A DNA stretch of 64,000 bases from NCBI RefSeq assembly GCF_009914755.1, contig NC_060932.1, one strand, 5' to 3'. Below, piece by piece: positions 53,143-64,000 of the stretch (within the stretch, counting starts at the first letter, position 1; every line of letters starts with the position of its first letter). The stretch comes from the human T2T-CHM13v2.0 reference genome, Homo sapiens. The notes under the pieces were generated by a model. The model was given only the letters and a program-made list of their open reading frames with translations, searched no databases and was not told the DNA's origin. The translations under genes were made by a program, and so were the position numbers.

Positions 53143-54046
53143 TGACAGGGACAGGAGACAGGAAAATTCTGGGCAGAAGAGGGAAGGTCCTGGCAAGGGC
53201 CCCACCCTCAGTCCTGGAACTGCTGCCCAAAGTAAGAACATGCATTTCTGTTTTCCTGCTTGAATGTTGCCTTATTCAAAACCATCCATGGCCTGCCCCA
53301 CCCCCCATCCTATGCCCATAAAAACCAACAGGCTATACCAACAGAGAGAGGAGAAGAGGAGAAGCAGCTGGATGCCTCCCCAGAGACTATGGTTGCACGC
53401 TGGAGAGAAGCAGCTTGACTTCAGAAGGATGGCTTGACAGCGTTGCTTCGCAGAGGCATCTGGCTGGGGATGGCCAAACCCTGAGGGAAGATTATCTTCC
53501 CGCTCCATGCCCTTTCCAGCTCCCCTTCCCACTGAGAGCCACTTTCATCAGCAATGCAAGCCTCCGCATTCACCACTCTTCAATTCATTCACCATCCTTC
53601 AATCACTTCAACCTCATTTTTCCTGGATGCCAAACAAGAGCTCGCGTACCACAGGTGTGGATGCAAAAGGCTGTTTTACCGTCTGCCCTCATTGGCGGAA
53701 AGCAACCACCTCATGCGAAAAAGTGTTAACTGAGCTGTTAACACTTAAGCCATCCGCACATGGCAAAGCTAAAAGAGCACTGACTGTAACACTCCTTCTG
53801 GGACTTTGGGGGTCATGGGTACTCCCCTCTAGATGCTGCTGTGAGGCCCACATGGACTTTTGCCCCTCTGAGCATCCCAAAGTACTCACCCCAGCTCCTG
53901 TACCTGCTCACCTCCTGTGAGGGGTTGAGCTCAATGGGTTTGAGTGAGTGGAGTTTGCCCCTGCTGGTGCAGAAGCAGCCAGCTAGCTCCAGTGCCTACG
54001 CTCCAGTTCCTGCCCACGAAGGGGTTAGGGAAAATTTCCTGCTTCA
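53143..54046 (+). mobile_element. ERV1 solo LTR (LTR1/LTR28/MER52 group)
   Basis: tgacagggacagg...tttcctgcttca; perfect TSD atac. Confidence 0.82.
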
Positions 54047-54065
54047 ATACGGTACCTGTATCCAT

Positions 54066-54445
54066 TGTGGAGTCCTAATAAGATAAGTCAGCAACAACAA
54101 GGAAGGGGTCCCAGATGCGGGAGAACAATTGTTTTGAGACATGGCTAATCACAGACAACCTGCTGGCACAACATCTTTTCCCAAATACCTTGTTCTGCAT
54201 ATAGCCCCAGCAGCACAACCTTATCTGCATGGAGCCCTTCCAGCATGGCCCTTTTAAACTTCCCTCCAGTCTCTGACTCTTTGCAGACAGCCCCTCGTCT
54301 GCTCCGCTGCCTGTGGTACCCTTGCAACTTATCTTCATACCTTCGTACTTTAATAAACCTGCCTTTCTTTACCTATGACTGTCTTGGTAAATTCTCTTAG
54401 CACCTGCAATGCCAGCCCCAGCCAATTACACCTGCAATGGCCACA
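54066..54445 (+). mobile_element. Solo LTR (LTR47-like)
   Basis: tgtggagtcctaat...ccaca; AATAAA; near-TSD tccat/tccac. Confidence 0.65.
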
Positions 54446-54462
54446 TCCACAACCCTCACCAC

Positions 54463-55346
54463 TGTAGATCAAAAATAAAATTCTAAGCCCCCAAACTTAC
54501 TGAATGAACCCCTCCTCTTGGTCAGGGGCATTCAGATGCAAACCTGAAGCACTAGTCAGGCCATGATAGGAATGGTTGGCTGGACATGCCTCAGTATACC
54601 TTCCTCCCTTTGGAATTCAGGCACAGCTGACCAGCAAATTATAATGTTAAAACAGAGGGCTTAAGACTGACCAAACAGACTCCTTGTAGCAAGAAAATAC
54701 CAACACAACAGACAGCAGGCCCTTGAAAGAAACTGAAGTATTTTACCCTAAGATATAGTTATTTAACATATTTTGGAAGAACCCTGCAAAGCTGCGTCTT
54801 TAAGCGAAAATCTACATTGTATAGAGAATCTCCTTCCCTTTATGTTTTTCTTGTAGTTGTTGTTGTTTTTCTGATGTGGGAGAGAATTAACTAAGAGTCT
54901 GGCACCTTTTTAAGTCTTACAAGAAACATTTACCATCTATTCTCTCTGAAGCCTGCTATCTAAAGACCTTCATCTGCGTAATAAGAACTTGGTCTTCACC
55001 ACCCCTTATCTTAACCCAGACTCCCTTGTATTGATTCCAGGTCTTTAGATAACCTCTTTCAACCTATTGCCAATCAGAAAATCTTTGAATCTACCTATGA
55101 TCTGGAAGCCTTGCTCCCCCAGCTTTGAGTTGCCCCACCTTTTTGGACCAAACCAATGCAGATCTTACATGTACTGACTGATGTCTTATGTCTCCCTAAA
55201 CTGCAAAAAACCAAGCTATAGCCTGACCACCTTGGGCACGTGTTCTCAGGATCTTCTGGGGCTGTGTCATGAGCCATGGTCACTCATATTTGGCTCAGAA
55301 TAAATCTCCTCTAATATTTTATGGAGTTTGACTCTCTTCATCAACA
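54463..55346 (+). mobile_element. MER4B/D-type ERV1 solo LTR
   Basis: tgtagatcaaaaataaaattctaagccc...catcaaca; 3' part homologous to the MER4A at 28685. Confidence 0.85.
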
Positions 55347-56427
55347 CCAGGCCCATGGAATAGGAGAACAATGTCAAGGACAGCAGTGACACTGGTGGCG
55401 GCATTTTGCCCCAAGCTCTGTTCTGAGCACTGTGCACCTGTGACCCCACTTCATTCTCCTATGGCCTGCCCAATGCTGGACAGCCAGCTGGCTGATTCAG
55501 GACTGTGCCCTGCAGTCTGGGCAGAAGCCTTCACCCACTACTTTTGAGGTGACACATAACGCAGGACAATACCACACACTGGTCCATTGGATCAGTAAAT
55601 GAACATATTGAGTCCAAGCTCCTTTTGTAGATGGGCCAATAGCCTCAAGGGTATGACATTAGTGGCTCCAGGGTCAGTCATTTCCTCACCTTTTCTACTG
55701 TCCATCCATTCATTCTAGCATTTATTCGGAGCTTCTAGGTGCCAGGAGCCCTTCTAAGCAGTAGAAGTTCCAGAGTGAACAAATCACCTCCCTAGGCTAT
55801 GTGCTGCATGAGCAAGGGGTCACCACTGAGTCCCCATGGTTGAGACCTGAAGAACACCGGATCTGGGAAGCACTGGGGGCTTGGGAAATGTTTGTGAAAT
55901 TAATAAAAATTCTCATGGGCCAAAAGATGAATGGCAGTCGTTCCCAGGAAAACGTTGATCCTTTTTGCCACGAAGACAAAAGGAACCTGGACATTTAACC
56001 ATATTCCCTGCCAAAGGCATGAGTATCACCAAACTCTACTTTATGACCACAAAAAATGACAAGCCAAAGCCCCCATCATTTGATAAATACTTGCACCAGA
56101 CATGATGGTTTGCATTTTCTGCATTTACTGCACAGGGCCAGACCTCATGGACTTCATCTCTATTCCCTGCACCGATGCTGCCTCCTGGGCTTGCATCACA
56201 CTGGGGAGGGCTCAGCGTCACAGGGACCAGCAGCCTCACCCTGTTCTGCTTGCCGGCACTGTGGCTTTAGTCAGGGTGTGAGTCAAGCCCTGTTTCTTCG
56301 TCCACTGAACAGAATGTGATGGCTTATCTTATAGAATTGTTTTATCAATTGCATGAGAAAATCCACACAATGTAGCCAGGCAACTAGCCAATGTGCCAGC
56401 TTACTGGCTAAGAGAAAAAGGCATCAA

Positions 56428-57098
56428 TGAAACCACCATTGCAAAATTATAACTGAGATGGTGAAAGAGACCTGAACTAACCACTTCCTTCTTGATTCTA
56501 ACCTCCAAGCTGTCCTTGTTCATTCCTGGGCATAGGCCATACTACCTTTAGGAGGAACTTGCTTTACAGTTTGAAACAAAGATAGCAGCGCTTTCCCAAC
56601 ACAAACCCCCTTCTTGCCTGGTGAACTAGACTGCCTTTGTAAGACTAACAAATTAGCCAAAATCTTCGAAATGATGGCTTAGGAGTCATGCAGCTGGAGG
56701 CTACAAGATTCTGACCCTCCTCAAATTGCTTCTGTGGAATAATATCACTATTGTAAAACCTAAGATCAGTGCTCGAGATATTTGCAGACCCTGCACTTGA
56801 CGGATCAGTTGGTATCACCCATGGCCCTCACCCAGGAACAGACTCAGCGCAAGAGGACAGTTGGACTCATCGCCAACCCAACCAATCAGCACTCCTGACT
56901 CACTGGCCCCTACTCAGCAAATTATTCTTAAAAACTCAGATCCCCAAATGCCTGGGGAGACTGATTTGAGTAACAATAAAACTCAGGGCTTCTGTACAGC
57001 TGGCTCTGCATGAATTACTCTTTCTCTATTGCTATCCCCGTCTTGCTAAATGAGCTCTGTCTAGGCAGTGGGTAAAATGAACCCATTGGGTGGTTGTA
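56428..57098 (+). mobile_element. LTR8-type ERV1 solo LTR
   Basis: tgaaaccaccattgcaaaattataactgaga...gaacccattgggtggttg. Confidence 0.85.
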
Positions 57099-57116
57099 TC
57101 GGTGAAAACAGATTCA

Positions 57117-57228
57117 TTTTTATCCCCATTTACAGATAAGAACATCGAGGTTCATAAAGATTAAGCAACTTGCCTAAAGTCACACAGTGAGTAGGTAGAG
57201 AATTCAAAGCCATGTCTCCCTGGCTCCG
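57117..57228 (-). mobile_element. MIR fragment
   Basis: atccccatttacagataagaacatcgaggttca...aacttgcctaaagtcacacag. Confidence 0.75.
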
Positions 57229-58600
57229 ACGTGCATAATCTTTGCAATACAGGATTCTCCATCACTACCACCCACTAGCCACCACCCACCACCACGTGAC
57301 GTATAAGGAGAAAACAGGCAGTGGTCCCTGCCTGCCCTCACGACCGCACAGCTGGGGCTCTGGAGGCAGAAGGCCTGCTGCATGTGAGCACCGATTCCTC
57401 CCACCACTTACCAGATGACTTTGGACAAATGCTTTGGTAATGGTGAAATCTCAGGGGCTATAGAAAGATTAAAGGGGATTATACTGACAAGCACTTAGAA
57501 CTGTGCCAGGCTGAGAATCCCTGCTGATTAAATATAAGTCGGTGATGCTGGTGCTATGGTGATCCCGGACTAGGGAAGAGAGACTCCTGGAAACCTGAAC
57601 ATAACAGGCACAGAAAACAACACGGAGAACCTGCAGGCCACACCCAGAAGGAAAGAGAGTGGGCGTATTGACAAATAGTCACGAATCAGCTCTTCAGCCT
57701 GATCTCGTGATGGGAAATGGAAAAGCCGAGTTGGAAAGCTGCCTGTTCCTGTGTTCCTTGTTGTTGTTTCAATTGCTAAAACTAAATTTCTGATAATTTA
57801 CAGAGTAAAGCAGTTTCCCCTTGGGATGCTGAGCTGCACCTCCACAGGTACGTGGCTCCGGCCAGGCCCTCAGGGGATGGAGCCTGAGGCAGCCCGAGCC
57901 AGCCCTGGAAGGAGAGGCCATCTCACCAGAGAAGAGCAGACCCCATGAGCAGAGCACTTAGGAGGGTCCTTGCGTGAGCTCTCTAGCGGTCCCCTCAGAA
58001 CAAACCTACTATGTAGATGAGGAATCCCAGGCCCCAGAGGGTGAGCCCATTGTCTCAGGTCCCACAGCTGCTCCAAGGAGAAGCTCAGAGCCTGGATTTA
58101 AACCCACGCCAGCATGGCTTTGACGCTTCTGGCCCCTGCCTAACACAGTGGCTGCCTTGAGGCTCACTCGGGGAAGGATGAGAGCTGTAGCCATCTAGAG
58201 CCCAGGGCCTCCTGTCTACCCAGCTGCCCGCTCATCCACACACCGTCAATGCTGCAGCAGAGTCGGAGCATATGAGCCCCCAAGTGTGGACATTAGGCCT
58301 TTGACTCGTCTCAGTGGCCTTTACACACTCTCTAAATGGACTCCTGTGTTGCCCTCCTACAGTCTGCTGGCCCTGCATTTTTGATAATCAGTGCTTGGCA
58401 TGTGTTTCCCTGTTATCGCTACAAGCCAAGTCCCACCCCTTCTCCCAGGCTGCCATCCAACAGCCCCTCCCCAAAGGCCCTCCAGCTCTAGGCTCCCAAC
58501 ACCCTCCTCTGTCTCTGCCTCCGCATTCCGCCCTCTCCAGGGATCTCCTCTGCATTCACTGTGAGACTGGATTTTACTAACTTTGTAACATGCCCTAAAG

Positions 58601-58783
58601 CAGGGGTGCTCAACCCTGGCTGCACATAATATTCATCTGGGGAGCTTTGAATAAAAACACAGTATCTGAACTCCAATCCCAGATACTCTGTTTCAGCCAG
58701 TTTGTATGCCCAGGCTCAGGCAAAGATGCATCATTAAAGTTCCAAGGATGATTCTAATGTACAGACAAAGTTGAGAAACACTG
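58601..58783. mobile_element. MER5A-like MITE
   Basis: Terminal inverted repeats caggggtgctcaac / gttgagaaacactg. Confidence 0.8.
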
Positions 58784-59466
58784 GTTTAACAGACAGAGGT
58801 GTCAGTTTGGGGGATGAGACTTTGAGTCCTGCTTCTAGTACTGATTAGCTGTGTTAGTCACCCTGGTATAGACTTCTTTCCAATCTTGATTTGCCTCTTC
58901 TTCATAGAGAAATAAGAGTACCCACCCAGATATCTAACACAAGGGGGATGTAAAAGTGTTCCAGAGATTGTAAATAGCAGCAGCATGCATTTGTCAAATA
59001 TTTATTCAGCCTTTACTCTTAATGCACGCTTGATGAGGCTTTGTTGGCAAATGCATGTGACTGTTTTCATGATCATCACTGACTCTAGCCTCCCTGCCAT
59101 GTCTGAGGCCATCTGTGCACAGGTACAAGATTCTGTCATCCACAGTGAGAAGCACTGAGTTAACCAGTCAACAAACGTTTGTTCAATGGATGGGTAATGG
59201 ACAAATACATATGTGTAGCCTAAGCTTCGGGGAAACAAAAATCTGTTAACATGTTTAGTTTTTCCAAAATATCTAGCAAGGCACATACTTATAGAACACA
59301 GTGATGTAGGGTAACAGAATGTAAGAATATTTCTCCAGCTTGGTATCTAGAGTGAAGTTACAAGTGGTGTCTTTTCACTTCTGTTTTTTACAGCAAGCAA
59401 GCAACTGCATTTGCCTTGCAAAACTACTGCCATTCATTCAGACCCCAGCGCCAGTTCTCCAATTAC

Positions 59467-59516
59467 CTGTAGCTCTGAGCACAGCTGAGAAAGTGTTTCT
59501 TCAACAGCAAGGGCCT
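59467..59516 (-). CDS. FAM135B: FAM135B coding exon (probably exon 9), 50 nt, (E)ALAVEETLSQLCSELQ
   Basis: Pyrimidine tract plus TAG acceptor, CAG|GTAAT donor; bridges the frame between flanking exons; not in the ORF track. Confidence 0.92.
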
Positions 59517-59841
59517 CTAGAAAGAAAAAATAAACTGTGTGATTAAATGAACCCACACTGAAATGCAGCAGTTGCTAATTAAATGAAAAAGCAAAAGTTT
59601 CACATTGGCATTAACGTCACAGAGACAAACACATTGCTGAGGACCTTCTACCTATTCTAACTTCCTAAAGGGACTGTGCTTATCAGGAGAATGAACATGA
59701 TTGGAGCCATGGACTGGACTGAGCACTAGATAAAAGCCAATATCACCTCATGCACACGGTTATGAGAAGCAGTACATCCCAAATTCATACAGCACTTTGT
59801 GTGGCCCAGAGAGATTCCACGTTTATTTCTGTTTTTGCAGG

Positions 59842-59842
<1 letters not shown>

Positions 59843-59874
<32 letters not shown>

Positions 59875-59883
59875 ATACACACA
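59843..59883. repeat. (CA)n microsatellite
   Basis: About 12 perfect CA units plus an imperfect extension. Confidence 0.9.
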
Positions 59884-61284
59884 GGTATACATCTGTGCAT
59901 CATATATGGAAGATGGATTTGAATCTCTATCTTACAGATAAAATATCAGAAGCCCTGAGAACCTCCTGCTCAGCTCCACCAGCTCTGATACTGAAGAATG
60001 TGGCCATCTTATCAGCAGAAACCAGGTGGCCTCTGGCTATTTGTTTTAATGGTCACAGTTGTGACTGGGTTTGAACTTTCCTCTGGTTCCATGATGCTGT
60101 GGTCAGTCATTTGCACACGGCTCTGGCATGGATTTTAATTAAAGCATGCTTGCCTAGCTGAGTGGAAACAATCCCTTAGCAGCTTACGGTCCTTGCTGAT
60201 GACCTAATTAGTAGACACCTCTCTACTTCACCGCTGACCTCAGGTCCCTGAACCCCGCAAGGCAAAATGAACTATTGATACATTAGTCACGGCTATGTAT
60301 CCTCAGTGTCTAGCACAATATCTGACACATAGTACATGTCCAGTAAAATATGATGAGGGTGTGAATGAACAAATAAATTCAGCTCCTTTGGATAAAATAT
60401 AATATAAAAAGTTGTATCAGGAATCCAACTGCTACTGAAAAATCTCCATTTTTCATTTGAGCTATATAAAGTCACTCTGATTCTGTGCAGGTCATTCCTG
60501 CATGCATAAGATTTGAACTTGAAAAAATTCAGTGATTGCATGATTCAAAGAGTAGTGCCTGAGTACAGGATTTGTATATGATGTGAGAGCTGACAAAGCT
60601 TATAGTAAGAAGGCTCCAGATTCAATTCAACAACTATAACCCTGTACCTACTCCTTTACTCTACATACCGGAGAGAGTGTGGCAGGGATCTGAGGGGAAT
60701 CAGCTCTTAAAGACCTCAGTCTATTTGGGAAGCAAAACATGCAAATAAATTTTTTACGTGATGATTTCAGTGCAGCAATGAACAATGAACAAGGCCATTG
60801 ACCCAGTCAAAACCACAGTTATCTCAGCAGTTGAGGTCTAGGGGTACATATAGGGAAGTCAATGTACCCAGCAGGGTTCTAATGTTGAAATGGGTGTTAT
60901 CGTTGAAAAGCAAGCTGGGGACTTCGCCTCTGTTCTAGAGTCAATGAGGCCTTATTAGAGAACTTTGAGCAGAGCCAGAACATATCACCTATTTTTACTG
61001 AGTGGGACATGACACAAAGGACCCTGCCCCAAGGCATCAGCACAGGATCCCTGAGCTGTCATGGTTCTGCCACACATTACTGTGTGATGCTGAGCAACGC
61101 TTTTACCTCTCTGAGCTTCAGGTCCATCGTCTGTCAATCAACAGAGATTCAAGCCCACTGATTTCCATGATGTCTCATCTTTGGAAAATCCATGTGCAAA
61201 AATCAACTGATCCCCAGATAACCAAATGTAATGGATACTAAGAAGTTTCTATAATCATCCAGCTCAAGCATATATGTATGCATA

Positions 61285-61311
<27 letters not shown>
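61285..61311. repeat. (TG)n microsatellite
   Basis: About 13 perfect TG units. Confidence 0.9.
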
Positions 61312-61316
<5 letters not shown>

Positions 61317-61426
61317 GTTTTTATGAGGATTGTTTTACACTCTTGTAAGTTACAATTCCATAATTACAGCTTAATTAAGAAAAGGCTATAAACCAGCATT
61401 TTCCTCTAGAAAGCAACCTAAAATTA

Positions 61427-61858
<432 letters not shown>

Positions 61859-62216
61859 CTAAGGGGTGAAACAGAAACAGAGGCTGAGGAATATTGCACC
61901 TGGCCCAGGCAGCACAGGGCTGTGATGCTCCATCCACCCGCACCAACATTCACAAAATGTTTGGAGGTTCAGGGAAGGAAGCAGACCCCATCCTGAGTAA
62001 AACTGGAACATGGTTGAAGATTCCAGGAAAAAGAGAGTCCTGAGCTGGAATTGCTTCTTTATCCCTCCAGGCAAGACAACACTGAAATCTGCCACACCTT
62101 TGTCTTATATTCAAATTAAAATAATAAAATAGCAACAATAATAACGAATGATCATGAAGGTGATGAGGACATTGGCCTCACAGGTTTGAGACAATCGAGT
62201 GGCCCCACTTACAAGC

Positions 62217-62576
62217 TGATATGGTTTGGCTCTGTGTTCCCACCCAAGTCTCACCTTGAATTGTAATAATCTCCACATGTCATGGGAGGGACCCAGTGGG
62301 AGGTAATTGAATCACGGGGGCGGGGTTTTTCCATGCTGTTCTCATGATAGTGAATAAGTCTTATGAGATCTGATGGTTTTATAAAGGGCAGTTCCCCTGC
62401 ACATGCTCTCTTGCCTGCCACCATGTAAGACATGACTTTGCTCATCCTTCACCTTCTACCATGATTGTGAAGGCTCCCTAGCCATGTGGAACTGTGAGTC
62501 CATTAAACCTCTTTCCTTTATAAATTACCCAGCCTTGGGTATATCTTTATTAGCAGCCTGAGAATGGACTAATACA
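62217..62576 (+). mobile_element. THE1/MST (MaLR) solo LTR
   Basis: tgatatggtttggctctgtg...ggactaataca; near-TSD caagc/caaac. Confidence 0.9.
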
Positions 62577-63764
62577 CAAACCTTCTTTCCCCACTACTGC
62601 AGGGTGCACTATAGAGGCCATGGGACAGGTGGCTGTGGGCTCCTTTGCAGAGAGAAGAAATTTAGAAAGACCCTTGTAGCAGGTGGGTGAGCAGTAGGTC
62701 GTGCTGAAAAGGAGGAAAAGAAAGTGTCATCGTAATGTAGAAAGAAGTTGTGAGGTTAAGTAACCAATGCTGAAAGCACACCTGTAAACAGCTCTGCATG
62801 TGAGCATGCAGTGTCAGAACACTGTACATTATATTTTGTTTGTAGAAATAGAATGGATTAAACTGGTACAATTACAAAGTAATTTGTCCAATGAGGAAAA
62901 GACACCTAAGTCTACAGTGCACTTGGAGACCTAGGCATGATGAAAAGGAAGGAACAGGACAGTTTTTTTCTTGCCAACTCAACAGAGAAGGATGTCCTGA
63001 GGTGAATTTCAAAAGAGATTTGTTCTTAGAGCAGAGAAAGGAATCTTGTGGGAAAAGGCCTGGGCACAGAGATGGGAGTCCTTGAGTAGTATGCTCGTGC
63101 CCATCTACTGTTCACATGGCCGTGACGGGAGGAGGCAGTGGCTCTTCATGTTCCCAGGCCACCTTGCCTGCCTGCTGGAAGAAACGCCAGGTGAGGAATT
63201 GGTGGCATTTCACCCTTGGCTTTTGCGAGTGAGTCTGCACAGCCAATGACTGGAGATCCTTCTGCCTTGCTTGGTCTCCTTTCTCCTAGCTGCCATCCAA
63301 GAGGGCTGAGTTGATCCAATGTGGGTGGGCAAGTCTCCTGGAGTCGACACACGTCTATACATCATCTGCACTCCCAAGGGTGTTGTATAGGCAGATAATG
63401 ACGGGCACTATTATACCCTCTCTAACCACCGTACCACAATGATTGTCATGTGTGATGCAGGGTGCTACCAATTTGAAAACTTGGATAGAAGTCTCAGGCC
63501 TGCTGCCATATACCTCTGAGACTGTCTTAGGTGAGAGACTATGAGAAACCAGGAGAGGGTCACTGGGTTGTGCTCTCAGGAGCAATATCTGTGCAGCTGT
63601 AAAGCAGGATGGGTGGAGGAACTGCATTGCATTGTCCTGCAGGTACAACGGAGACCTCAGCTGATGCCATGGGGAGTGCTGGGCCTGCAGAGTTACCCGG
63701 CCTTGGGGCAAGGACCAGGTCTCTGTATCCATTCACTGGTCAGTACTTGGTGTGGGTTACCCTA

Positions 63765-64000
63765 TGTATTAGTTCGTTTTCACAGTGCTATAAAGAAATA
63801 CGTGAGACTGGGTAATTTATAAAGGAAAGGCATTTAATTGACTCACAGGTCTCCATAGCTGGGGAGGCCTCAGGAAACTTACAGTCATGAAGGAAGGGGA
63901 AGCAGGCACATCTTACATGGCATGAGGAGAGAGAAATGCAAAGAAGGAACTTCCAAACACTTCTAAAACCATAAGATCTCATGAGAACTCACTATCATGA
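63765..64000 (-). mobile_element. MST/THE1 (MaLR) LTR, cut by the window end
   Basis: tgtattagttcgttttcac...gagactgggtaatttataaagg, the reverse complement of the LTR 3' end. Confidence 0.88.

Overview
Human genomic DNA (it contains an AluYb8) from the interior of FAM135B, which is transcribed on the minus strand. Twelve consecutive coding exons were placed by GT-AG boundaries and continuous frame. They are probably exons 8-19 (numbering recalled, not derivable here) and total 3346 nt. They include a 2023-nt exon encoding a Ser-rich, probably disordered region and the exons of the C-terminal DUF676-type alpha/beta-hydrolase domain (GHSLG). The introns hold about 14 Alus, a full-length decayed L1PA, many solo LTRs, DNA-transposon relics and a palindromic 30/27-bp minisatellite. 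The most notable observation is that the L1 lies antisense to the gene, about 90 bp from the acceptor of the large exon. Its antisense promoter and ORF0 therefore point into that exon, and the first ORF0 splice donor is in frame with it. This predicts an L1 ORF0-FAM135B fusion isoform, which is untested. No prokaryotic systems, RNA genes or CRISPR arrays were found.
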